NCBI RefSeq assembly: GCF_009914755.1
Contig: NC_060925.1
Reading direction: 5' to 3' (one strand)
Length of the DNA: 64,000 nt
DNA from: the human T2T-CHM13v2.0 reference genome, Homo sapiens
The notes below the pieces were generated by a model. It searched no databases, was not told the DNA's origin, and saw nothing but the letters and a program-made list of their open reading frames with translations. Every line of letters begins with the position of its first letter. Positions within the stretch are counted from its first letter, which is position 1. Both the position numbers and the translations under genes were made by a program. Positions 1-9,799 of this stretch are shown in pieces.

Positions 1-241
1 CGAGACGGATGAATTGCTTGAGCCCAGGAGTTGGAGACTAGCCTGGGAAACATGGCGAAACCCTGTCTCTACAAAAAAATACAAAAAATTAGCCAGGAAT
101 GGTGGTGCCCGCCTGTAGTCCCAGCTATTCAGGAGGTTGAGGTGGGAGGATCACCTGAGCCCAGGAGATCAAGGCTGCAGTGACCTGTGATTGCAATACT
201 GCATTCCAGTCTGAGCAATGGAGTGAGACCCTGTCCAAAAA
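1..241 (+). mobile_element. AluJ-type SINE, cut by window edge
   Basis: Alu left-arm end, A-rich linker and right arm with J-type diagnostics (GAGCCCAGGAG, GAGACCCTGTC). Confidence 0.9.
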
Positions 242-1211
242 TACATATATACATACACACATAAATAAATTGGGAATAGGATTTTCTTTTTCTATGTATT
301 TTCCCCTAATATAAATGCAAACCCAAACATTATAAAAGCAAATATGTATGTTTTTATTTGTGTGTTTTCTCTTCCTCCTCTTTCTGCTCCTCCTCCTTAT
401 TCTTTTTTTAGTGAGTTGTAGTAAAAGTAGCAGAAAGTGTGCTTAGAGAATCATAATCTGTAGAATTGGAAGTCACAAAAATTCTATGTTGACACTTGGC
501 TAATAATAATAGCAATAATAATCAATCAACAGCTTTAAAGTGCTCTGTCGATGTCCCTACATGACACTTACACGTGGACTGAGCAATTGGTTTTGCTTTA
601 TAGCTATGTCCTAAGGGGCCTCCATAAAAAAGAAGCAAAAAGAAAGACACAAAAGAGAAGAAGAAAGGAAATGTCATTTACCATGTATTTAGTGTATACA
701 AACCCTGTGCCAGATATGTTATATACCTGAATTCATCTGTTCTCCTCAAGGCCCTATGAATGGGTGCTAGTGTCCCAGTGATGGTGAGGAAGGAGATGAT
801 GGTGGTGCTGGTGGTAATGATTACCAGTTTTGAGGCTGTCTGTAAGCTAGGCACTATACTCTCTTCATTCAACCTGTATTCATTCAACAAATGTTTGTTC
901 AGTGCCCATACTGTGTGCTAGGCCCTATTCTAGGCACTTGAGATATATCAATGTACAAAACACACAAAAATTCTTGCTCCTATGAAGCTACATTTGGGGG
1001 TGAAAGGGACACTAGACATTCCCAGATAATACACATATAAGTAGGGAACTGAGAGAATATGTTAGAAAGGGATACGTGCTGTGGAAAAATAATAGATCAG
1101 ACCACAGCAGGTCAGGATTGTGGCATGGGGTTCAGGATGCAATTTTTAATCAAGTGGTGGTAGTAGCCCTGACTGAGAAGGTGATACCTGAAGCAGCTAA
1201 AGAGTTTGGCT

Positions 1212-1499
1212 GGCCGGCGGGTGGCTCATGCCTGTAATCCCAGCACTTTGGGAGGCCAAGGTGGGCAGATCACAAGGTCAGGAGTTCGAGACAAGCCTGG
1301 CCAACATAGTAAAACCCCGTCTCTACTAAAAATACAAAAATTAGCCGAGCATGGTGGTGCACGTCTGTAGTCCCAGGTACTCAGGAGGCTGAGGCAGGAG
1401 AATCGTTTGAACCCGGGAGGCGGAGGTTGCGGTGAGCCAAGATCACGCCACTGGGCAACAGAGTGAGACTCCATCTCAAAAAAAAAAAAAAAAAAAAAA
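1212..1499 (+). mobile_element. AluS (Sg-like) with 12-bp right-arm deletion
   Basis: GATCACAAGGTCAGGAGTTCGAG; poly-A; TSD AAAGAGTTTGGC at 1199-1210 and 1497-1508. Confidence 0.93.
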
Positions 1500-1777
1500 G
1501 AGTTTGGCCACATGAGTGTCTTGGAGGAAAGGGCTCCAGGCAATGGGAGCAGCCAGCACAAAGGCCCTGCAACAGGAAGATGGCTGGAGTATTCGCTGAA
1601 CAGCAAGGAGGCCAGCATGGCTGGACAGGGGAGAGAGGTAACTGGGGCCAGATCCTGCAGGGCCTTTCAGGGCAATGAAAGGAGTCTGTCTTCTATTCTG
1701 AGTGAAATGCTAAGTCATTGGAAAGATATGAGCAGGCAAGTGACATGGTCTGATGTACATTTTAAAAACATCACTAT

Positions 1778-2161
1778 ATGGTATATATACACCATAGAAT
1801 ACTATGCAGCCATAAAAAGAATGAAATCATGTCCTTTGCAACAACATGAGTGCAGCTGGAGGCCATTAACATAAACGAATTAATGCAGGAACAGAAAACC
1901 AAGTACCACATGTTCTCACTTTTAAGTGGGGGCTAAATAAGCATTGCATACACATAGACATAAAGATGGGGCCAATAGACACTGAGGACTACTGGAGGGG
2001 GGCGTGGGCTGAAAAACCACCTATTGGGTACTATGCCCACTGCCTGGGTGATGGGATTATTCAGCCCCCAAACCTCAGTATCACACAATATACCCAATGT
2101 AACAAACCTGCACATGTACCCCCTGAATCTAAAATGAAAGTTGAAATTATTTTTAAAAAAT
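1778..2161 (+). mobile_element. L1PA13-16-like 3' end, 5'-truncated
   Basis: ORF2 C-terminal text (EYYAAIK) plus 3'UTR; TSD AAAAA(C/T)ATCACTAT at 1764-1777 and 2162-2175. Confidence 0.88.
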
Positions 2162-2984
2162 AAAAATATCACTATGGCTGTTGTATTGAAATAATATTCT
2201 CCCTTACATGTATAATTTAGTGTGATCATTTTCTGAAATTCCTATAATTCTCATTTTACAAGCAAGAAGTCGAAGGGTAGAAAAATCAAGTAATCTTTGA
2301 GTAAGTGGTAGAGCCAGGAATCAAACCCAAACCAAGAATTGTCTGAATTCTAAGCCTGAACTCATTTTATGACTGCCTTGAAAGAACAACTTCTAGGTTC
2401 CCATTAGTTCATGACAACTGAAACATATGTTTCAGACATAGGAAGAAGCAGCATGTTCTATCTGGCTTAATAGATGGAGGGCAACAAAAATAATAAATTA
2501 ATGGACTAACTTAGCAAATGAGTAATGAGTTCCTCCTATGTTTGTAGACACCGTGTTAAGTATTGGAGGGGCAAACTCACCCCTTAGATAGCTTATAGTT
2601 TAAGAAGTGAAAGATAGATATTGACAAATATGTGTGATAAAGTATTATTGAAACAATTTTAAAAGAATCTATAAGCTCCAGTGGGGGCCAAAATCAAAGT
2701 GATCAATTCTAAGATGGAGGGGATGGACTGTGGTATGTGACTCTTTGCAGTTGGGAAAACTTTTTCTCTCATCTGATGTCTTGTATTGCCTAGTTTACAG
2801 TCTCATAGTTTAGTTCAAGTGGCTTAAGAAGATCTTGTTTTTCTCTTGAGGTGCTTTCCAGGAAAAAAATGTAAGACTTTCTCACTTGAAGCATCCTCTC
2901 TGGGTCTTACCACTTTGCCATCTTGCTGCATTGGAGAGTCCTTTGGTGCAGTCCTTCCAAAAGCCCCTGCCAATCATCAGGGAG

Positions 2985-3200
2985 GGAGCGTTGGGAAATG
3001 AAGACATGGTCTGTGGGCACCGAGCCTATCCTGGGTCAGAATTCCTGATTCTACAATTTACTAAACTGTGTAACACTTGGAAATCCTTGTACCCTCCTCA
3101 TCTGTAACTCAGGCATAAAAATACCACTTCATAGCATTGTGTTAAATAAAACAGCCAAGGCAAGATGAGCCTGATTCATAACAATTGCCTGATGAGTGTG
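2985..3200 (+). mobile_element. MIR remnant
   Basis: Degenerate MIR core (CCTGGGTCAGAATTCCTG...CTCATCTGTAA...CATAGCATTGTG); bounds approximate. Confidence 0.55.
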
Positions 3201-4889
3201 AGCTCTTTGTGGGATTATTTTAGCGACATTATCTTCCCACACCAGAATTTGTGGCAGTGCTGAACTGGTCATTGCTTTGGTCAACATTTATAGCTATCCC
3301 TCCCTTGGAGGAGGAACTCCAGAAGGCTGGCTGCTGGCTTTATTTATTATTCCTGCTGGAAGGGAGGAGGACAGAAGGCTGGGGAATCACAAGCCCCTTG
3401 CTGGGATTTCACCTCAGCTGGTTCCATCAGTAGCCTCACCCCAGGGATTACATAAATATTTTGTGTTCCCAGAACCTCACTCTGGGCACTGTCCCAAGAG
3501 AGCTCAGTGTTTAGAATGCTGTGTCCTCAGCAGTCTGGCTTCAGACTTTATTAGTTAAGAGAAACTGCAGCAGACAGAAGCCCTCTTTTGAGTGTTTCTA
3601 GGGAGATAATGAGCCCATCACCATCACAATCATCAATAAGCATTGGCTTAACATGTCCTGTCTCCAGGACAGTTTGCTAGATGCAAAAATGATTCCATCC
3701 TTGGGGTCGGCCTAGTGTCACTTACTTCCGCTCCACTCTGGTCACACTACTTAATATTTGATGACCCTTTGACATGAGACAGTGAGGACAGGCATCAGCC
3801 CTCAATGTTGGAGATGACTGCTCCCTGATATAGTCAACCACCAAATTCATGGGCTTGAGGATGAGGCAGAACCCAGACTGCTCAGCAGAACTCATAAGCT
3901 CCCCTACAAAGAGTGTTTTTGTGATTTCCTGGGACACACCTGGAAAAGCAGAGTCATGGCCCACACAGGTGGGAGGACCTACAGAGGGGGGTCTTCTGTA
4001 AACATAAACATACATAGACTATCCCTATGGGGCCTGGAGCTCCTGATCTAAAGCCTGGAATAGGGAAAAGGAGAGCAAGAGAGACAGGTAAGTCAGTAAA
4101 TACAAGGCAATGGGATATTTGCAGTAACAGAAAATAATGTACAAAACACTCAGAGAGCACAAGTGGCAGTTTATCCTGATCCCAAAGGGGCCTAAAATTC
4201 CTATTTATAGGAATGTAGCTTGGTGAGACCTAGAAAATAAGTAGACCCCTGATGCTTTAAAAAAAAAATTGCTGAATTGCAAAACCCTGCAAGGGCAATG
4301 ATTAAGCCTATTTGACTTGCTTTATATCATAACTATCATGGAGTTGAAAGCATGTGAATATTGAATATGGTGGAACTCCTGCAATAGTAAAGAAAGGGAC
4401 ATTTGCAGGCAGTTTTGGGTGACGACTGGGACAGGGTATGAAGTGTGGACTAATTGGTTGAGTGCTGACTAGGATAAAGTCATCTCTCCATTCTCCAGAA
4501 TAATCTTCACCCATCTTGATTAGGTGATTTGGGGTAAATCAATTAAATGTTGGGCTTCGGCCTGTCCACAAAGTTGGAATTTGGCAGCCTATCCTCCCTT
4601 ACAGAAGCATCAAGGAGCTGATAGTCTTAGAAAGGTGCTTTGTGTTTCCAGAAAGAAAGTTGTTTGAACATCTGAGGTCTTATCATTTGCATGGTGTGAC
4701 TCAATAAAGGCATCATTATACTTGGGGAAGAAAACCAGAGTTGAGACACGTGAGATGGGAGAATGTGTTCAAGCATGTCAGAAATAGACGAGAGGGTCAT
4801 TGTCAGAAAATAAACCCCTGGAGCAAGCGTGGCATTGGAACGCATACCTAGAATGGAGGAATACTCAGGTAATCTTCTCTTTAGATCCC

Positions 4890-5017
4890 TCTGGGCTAAT
4901 TCCAGGAGCTACAACTGAGAAGGGCAGTCAAATTTGGACAGGCTTCAGAGGAAAGTTGTTGAGTTGATTGAAGGGCTGGAAAATCATACCTATGAGAGAA
5001 GGTTAAAGGAGATGGGT
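4890..5017 (+). mobile_element. L3/CR1 remnant
   Basis: CAGAGGAAAG...GGGCTGGAAAATCATACCTATGAGAGAAGGTTAAAGGAGATGGG resembles the CR1 ORF2 3' region. Confidence 0.6.
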
Positions 5018-5135
5018 CTAGCACCAATGAACAGTGTGACTTTAGACAAGTCACTTAGGCTTTGAGGAGCTCTGTTCACTCATCTGTAAAATGAGGACAG
5101 TGACCTGGCAAAGCACTCAGGTCCTTCCAGGTCTC
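5018..5135 (+). mobile_element. MIR/MIR3 remnant
   Basis: GTGTGACTTTAGACAAGTCACTTA...CTCATCTGTAAAATGAGG. Confidence 0.65.
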
Positions 5136-5989
5136 ACAATATTTTTACAGTCCAGGAGGAGAGGAAGCCAGGCAGTAATTTGTCATTCATTTCAATTATA
5201 TGCCTGTTACAAATCTCTGTCTTCCTTACAGGAGATATAATAAGAGTAAAAAGGCTGGGACTGTAGGTACAGCTACTTTGCTGAAGACAAAACAATGCCA
5301 TGGAAGGCTTTCCCCAATTAAACAGAGCAGAATTCGAAAAATAAATGTAGCTAACCTTCAAAGTTTTTGTTAAAATTATATTTTGGTTCTCATGTCTTCA
5401 GAAATTAGAGGCCAACCCTCCCACCTGGAGCCCCTTCCCCTTGTCCTATCCATGCTGGCATAAGACCTTCTTGTTTCCTCCTCTTGGGTTGGGTGGGATG
5501 GGAATAATTTATCTGCTCTCAAAAGAGATGCCAGTAATTTGTATGTGCATGCATGGATTACAGGTCATCCCAGGACGCTAAATCCATTTAAAAGCAGAAG
5601 AGAAACACCTACAAAAAAGTCCCACCCTTTCAATCCTGTTAGGCCATTCAGCAGAGGCTGCCTGCCAGCTGCAGTCGGTTTGTATCCAAGAAGCCCAATA
5701 AGGTGATCTGCCTCTCATGGTCCTTGACCTAATCCCTCCATGCTCCACTTCTATTTGGAAGAGCCAAAGATTGGGAGCAAGAATAGACAAAAAGCAGAAC
5801 AATCTGAGGCAATAGTTGGAAAACAGAACCCTAGGGCCTACGGCTCCCATTCCTCACTGCCAGGTTCAAAGGCACAGGGTCATGTTGCATGGAGTATGAA
5901 AGCCTAGGATCATGGCCGTGCTGATTTCACCTGCAGGGCTAACACCCAACATCCAAATGTCCACCTTCTAGTAGTGCTCTTACTCTGAA

Positions 5990-6080
5990 CTGATGTATTC
6001 AACCTTGGCTGCACATTGCAATCACCTGAGGAGCATTTTTAAAATGCCAATGCCCCAGCCCCATCTGTGGGGAATTAAAT
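5990..6080. mobile_element. MER5-type hAT MITE fragment
   Basis: TCAACCTTGGCTGCACATTGCAATCACCTGAGGAGC. Confidence 0.55.
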
Positions 6081-6251
6081 CTCTTGAGCAAGTGGGTTCC
6101 AGAAGGAATTGCCTTACATATTGACTGTGCCATGAACCACTATATTCTTCCAGTGGCAAATTAACTTAAAACACACAAAACATCAGGAGAATCACAAAGG
6201 AAGAAAAAAACCTAGCTTATAATACCATGTCCCTAACATACAATACACTCC

Positions 6252-6651
6252 CGTAAGGAAAATGGATGTGCTGCAGTCAAGAATAGGCCAAGGCAGACAT
6301 CTGGTCCAGCATGACTCAGAAAGTTTGGAGTGCAGGTGCACAACTCCACACGTTATGTAACCACGTCATGTGAGGCTCATTATGTAACCACTCCACTTGA
6401 GGCACATTAGGTGATCACCCACGTGAGCTTGAGCTTGGCTCAGAGCCACTATTGACGTAAAAGGTCTAACTACCCTGCTGACATTGTACATACGGCTTGT
6501 GCCCACAGCTTGTTTGGGCCCACGGCTCGATCATGCCCAGAGAGAGAGTAAAAACCATGTCAAAACTCTATGATTCCTTGACTGTTTTTCCAGCTACCTG
6601 CCACTGGTCCACCCACTCTCCTCAGACCTCAGCTTGGGCTGAAAGCTGACA
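6252..6651 (+). mobile_element. 5' LTR (LTR18B-like)
   Basis: (C)GTAAGGAAAATGGATGTGCTG...CTGACA; about 88% identical to the 3' LTR over the first ~120 nt (hand count). Confidence 0.88.
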
Positions 6652-6665
6652 CTTGCCATGACAAT

Positions 6666-6683
6666 CAGTGTCATGAACAGGAT
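6666..6683 (+). promoter_or_regulatory. Primer-binding site, tRNA-Ser type
   Basis: CAGTGTCATGAACAGGAT matches 14/18 to TGGCGTCACGAACAGGAT, the complement of a tRNA-Ser(CGA) 3' end. Confidence 0.75.
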
Positions 6684-6728
6684 CCCAGAGTGAGTGAGCT
6701 TTTTGTCCCCGCAGCTTCCACGTCAGCC

Positions 6729-7450
6729 ATGTGGCCACAACATGGGTTGTGGTACACTGTGACAGCTATGATGTGAGGATGGGCTCCAGTGGAGACCTGA
6801 GCGGTGGTAGATGGGTACCCCCTGGGCATGGAGAAGGCACTGAAGCAGCTGGAAGCACAGAACACCAAGAAGTAGCGAGCCTTTGCTGGCAGAGTTGGAT
6901 GGGTGTTTTTGACTATGCTACACAACCAGTACCTGAGGGATGCAGCACAGGTAAGGGCCCTCCAGGCACAGGTGGGGTGCCTGGAGGCCCAACTACACAG
7001 CTCAGAAAAAGAATTAGATGCTGCTGTGAATGGGGCAGGCAGGGCGCCTGAAGGCCTGGCTACAGAGCTTGGAAATGGAATTAGAGGCTGCTGTGAATGC
7101 AGGACAGGGTCCGTTGTCTCAGCCGGAGACCCCCACTTGGTCTGAGTCTGCACCATAAAGAAGGGGACGCTGCCTCACCCACAGGGGCCCCCCCAACATG
7201 GGAGAAAAGGAGGCCCCAGTGAGTGACATGTTCACAGATGTGGAGAGATATTTGATTTTGGCCTGGGTTGACTGAGAGAAAATTGATAAGCAGCCCAATG
7301 AAGTACTCTTAACTTTGTGGAGACAGAGCAGCAATTCCAGAAAATGCCCAAGGGGAAGGACATTGCTGTGTGACCCTGTCCCACCCGGGTGCTTCAGCTC
7401 AAAGACTACTTGCTGCAGCCAGGTAGAAATGTAGAGCTTTTCCTGTTTGA
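6729..7450 (+). pseudogene. ERV gag remnant
   Basis: Frame from ATG 6729 reads MWPQHGLWY...GWAPVET*...EKALKQLE...*RAFAGRVGW...LEAQLHS, with stops and deletions. Confidence 0.7.
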
Positions 7451-7606
7451 TTAGGGAACTGGCCGAGGTGCCTGGCTTGGGGGGACACTGGAAGACCAGA
7501 GGCCACATGTGGAATTACCAATCTACTGGCCCCCTACCAGTGTACAGCAAGTGCTGGGCTGTTAGACACCAGTGCAGATACATTCTGGGGGGATATTTTA
7601 CATGGC

Positions 7607-8786
7607 TTGGCAGCTGTGCCATCTATCACCAACCTGATGGACCACTTGACAGAACTGGGACAGTATCACTATGTCGTGGACTTGGCTAATGCATTCTTTT
7701 CCAGAAAGCCAGGAAGTTTGCCTTCATGGGAAGGTGACAATGGACTTTCACAGTGTTGCTGCAGGGCTATGTGCATAGCCCTACCGTATGTCATGGTCTT
7801 GTTGATGATATTATGCTAACCTCTGATTCTCTTGCAGATTTAGAAGCAGTAATGCTTCCCTTGTCTAAAATTAAGATGATGACACTGAGACAGCCTTTCT
7901 AGCAGCTAGGTGGGCTATTCAACAGTCACAAGCCCTATGGGTAATTAACCAGGGGCGCCCATTTAAACTCGATGTGCATGTGACCACAGATAGTTTTGGC
8001 TGGGGCCTATAGCAGCACTTGGAGCGCTTGAGAACACCAGTAGGCTTTTGGTCCCAAATAAGGAAAGGAACTGAACTCCAGTATTCATTGATAGAAAAGC
8101 AGTTAGTAATTGCATATGTTGCCCTTCAGGCTCACAAGAGCGTGGCAGGACAGACTACAGTCATCAACTTACCTGATAGTGGGACGGATGCATTCATGGA
8201 TAATAACTCCCTGGACAGGGAAAGCAGTTAGCAACTGTATATGCTGCCCTTCAGTCTCATGAGACTGTGGCAGGACAAGCTATAGTCATCATGCAGATGA
8301 CCTACCTGATAGTGGATGGGTGCATTCATGGATAACAGTTAATGACCCCCTGGACTGGGATGGCACAGACATCCACTTTAGCAAAGTGGAGTGCCTACTT
8401 GGAGCAGCAGAGCACACTGAGTACAAGTCCCCTTGCAGCAGAGTTGCAAGAGGTCTTGGGACCTGTGGTCCTAATGCAAGATAAGGCCACGGGGCCTGAG
8501 GCACCCCTAGACCCTGAGCCTTCACCATCTAAGGAAAGGTGTCCCCCCATTCCCAATGGTGCGTGGTACACAGATGGGTCTAGCCGAGGTGCTGCTGCTG
8601 CCTGGACCAGACCACTGTTGCAGTCCAACCTAGTACTGCCACCCTATGTTTTGAAACTGGGTGTGGGCAAAGTAGCCAATGGGCTGAACTTAGAGCAATA
8701 TGAATGAAGATCACCAAGGAAGTGACACCTATGACAATCCACACCGATAGCTGGGCAGTTTATTGAGGCTTAACCTTGTGGTTAAC
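7607..8786 (+). pseudogene. ERV pol remnant (RT and RNase H); integrase missing
   Basis: [13 protein letters not shown]; [22 protein letters not shown] joined directly to DDIML; AWYTDGSSRG; IHTDSWAVY; multiple deletions and frameshifts. Confidence 0.85.
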
Positions 8787-8789
8787 CTT

Positions 8790-9130
8790 GAGATTAACAT
8801 TTGAGTTAGTGGGCTGGGGAAGGCAGACCCACCCTTAATCTGGCAGGTACCATCTAATCAGCTGCCAGCGAATGTAAAGTAGGCAGAAAAATGTGAAAAG
8901 TCTACACTGGCCTAGCCTTCCAGCCTACCTCTTTCTCCCATGCTGGATGCTTCTTGCTGTTGAACACTGGACTCCAATTTCTTCAGTTTTGAGACTCAGT
9001 CTGGCTCTCCTTGATCCTCAAGCTTACAGACAGCCTATTGTGGGATCTTGTGATCATGTAAGTTAATACTTAATAAACTCCCATATATATCCTATTAATT
9101 CTGTCCCTCTAGAGAACTCTGACTCATACA
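8790..9130 (+). mobile_element. MLT2A1 (HERV-L) LTR lacking about the first 90 nt, nested in the HERV-S
   Basis: GAGATTAACATTTGAG..GGGCTGGGGAAGGCAGACCCACCCTTAATCTGG...AATAAACTCCC...CCCTCTAGAGAAC..TGACT.ATACA. Confidence 0.9.
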
Positions 9131-9432
9131 GTAGGGAAATAAAAACCTGGCTTAGTGTATAAAGCAACATTGGGGTAACATCACCATGGGGTGGTTGCCT
9201 GCTATAACCTGGAGTTGTTGCTCCCTGTATTACTGCTGTGGCCTCTGGTTACACAATTCCACCCTGTGGGTGTGTCTCCCCACTAGAATACTCCCTTAGC
9301 CTAGGGGGTGGGATGTAAGGCCTATGTGTTGAACCTGTGTGTCTGGGGCCTGTGTGCCCAGATCCTATGTATAAGGCCTATGTGTCAGACCAGTGTCCAA
9401 GGCCTATGTCTCCTTCGGCCTAGGGGATGGAG

Positions 9433-9799
9433 TGTAAGAAAAATGGATGTGCTGCAGTCAAGAATAGGCCAAGGTAGATATCCAGTACAGCATGACTCAG
9501 CAAGTTTGGAGCACAGGCGCACAACTCCACAAGTTATGTAACTATGCCATGTGAGCACATTAGGTGATCACCCACATGAGCTGGTGCTTGGCTCGGAGCC
9601 ACTATTGTCTCTAAAAGGTATAACTACCCTGATGACGTTGTACATATGGCTTGCACCCATGGCTTGTTTGCACCCACAGCTCGCTTGCACCCAAAGAGAG
9701 GAAAAGCCATGTTGAAACTGTCTACAATTCCTTCAGTGTTCTTCCAGCTACCTGCCACTTGTCCACTGACTCCCAATGGACCTCAGTTAGAACCTAAGA
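9433..9799 (+). mobile_element. 3' LTR (LTR18B-like)
   Basis: Preceded by PPT AGGGGATGGAG; TGTAAGAAAAATGG...GAACCTAAGA, then the TSD. Confidence 0.9.

Larger units (their letters stand above)
864..2195 (-). mobile_element. L2 3' remnant interrupted by AluSg and an L1PA 3' end
   Basis: Starts TTCATTCAAC...CATTCAACAAATGTTTG (L2 tail); L2-like text resumes across both insertions (AAAAACATCACTATGGCTG). Confidence 0.75.
6252..9799 (+). mobile_element. HERV-S/HERVL18 provirus, internally deleted and defective
   Basis: Two related LTRs; 5-bp TSD ACTCC (6247-6251, 9800-9804); Ser-tRNA PBS; gag, RT (DLANAFF, LLQG, DDIML), RNase H (WYTDGS, TDSW) and env TM remnants. Confidence 0.9.

Noticed and set aside
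1226-1678. Alu-overlapping ORFs here and at 11846, 14963, 19400, 28045, 28867, 40181, 45363, 48877, 56217
   Set aside because: Standard Alu translation artefacts ([26 protein letters not shown])
6671-7156. 161-aa ORF antisense to ERV gag
   Set aside because: Shadow ORF in GC-rich proviral sequence; no independent support
9319-9417. Short repeat array considered as CRISPR-like
   Set aside because: Contiguous degenerate 14-mers with no unique spacers, inside a primate ERV; no cas genes
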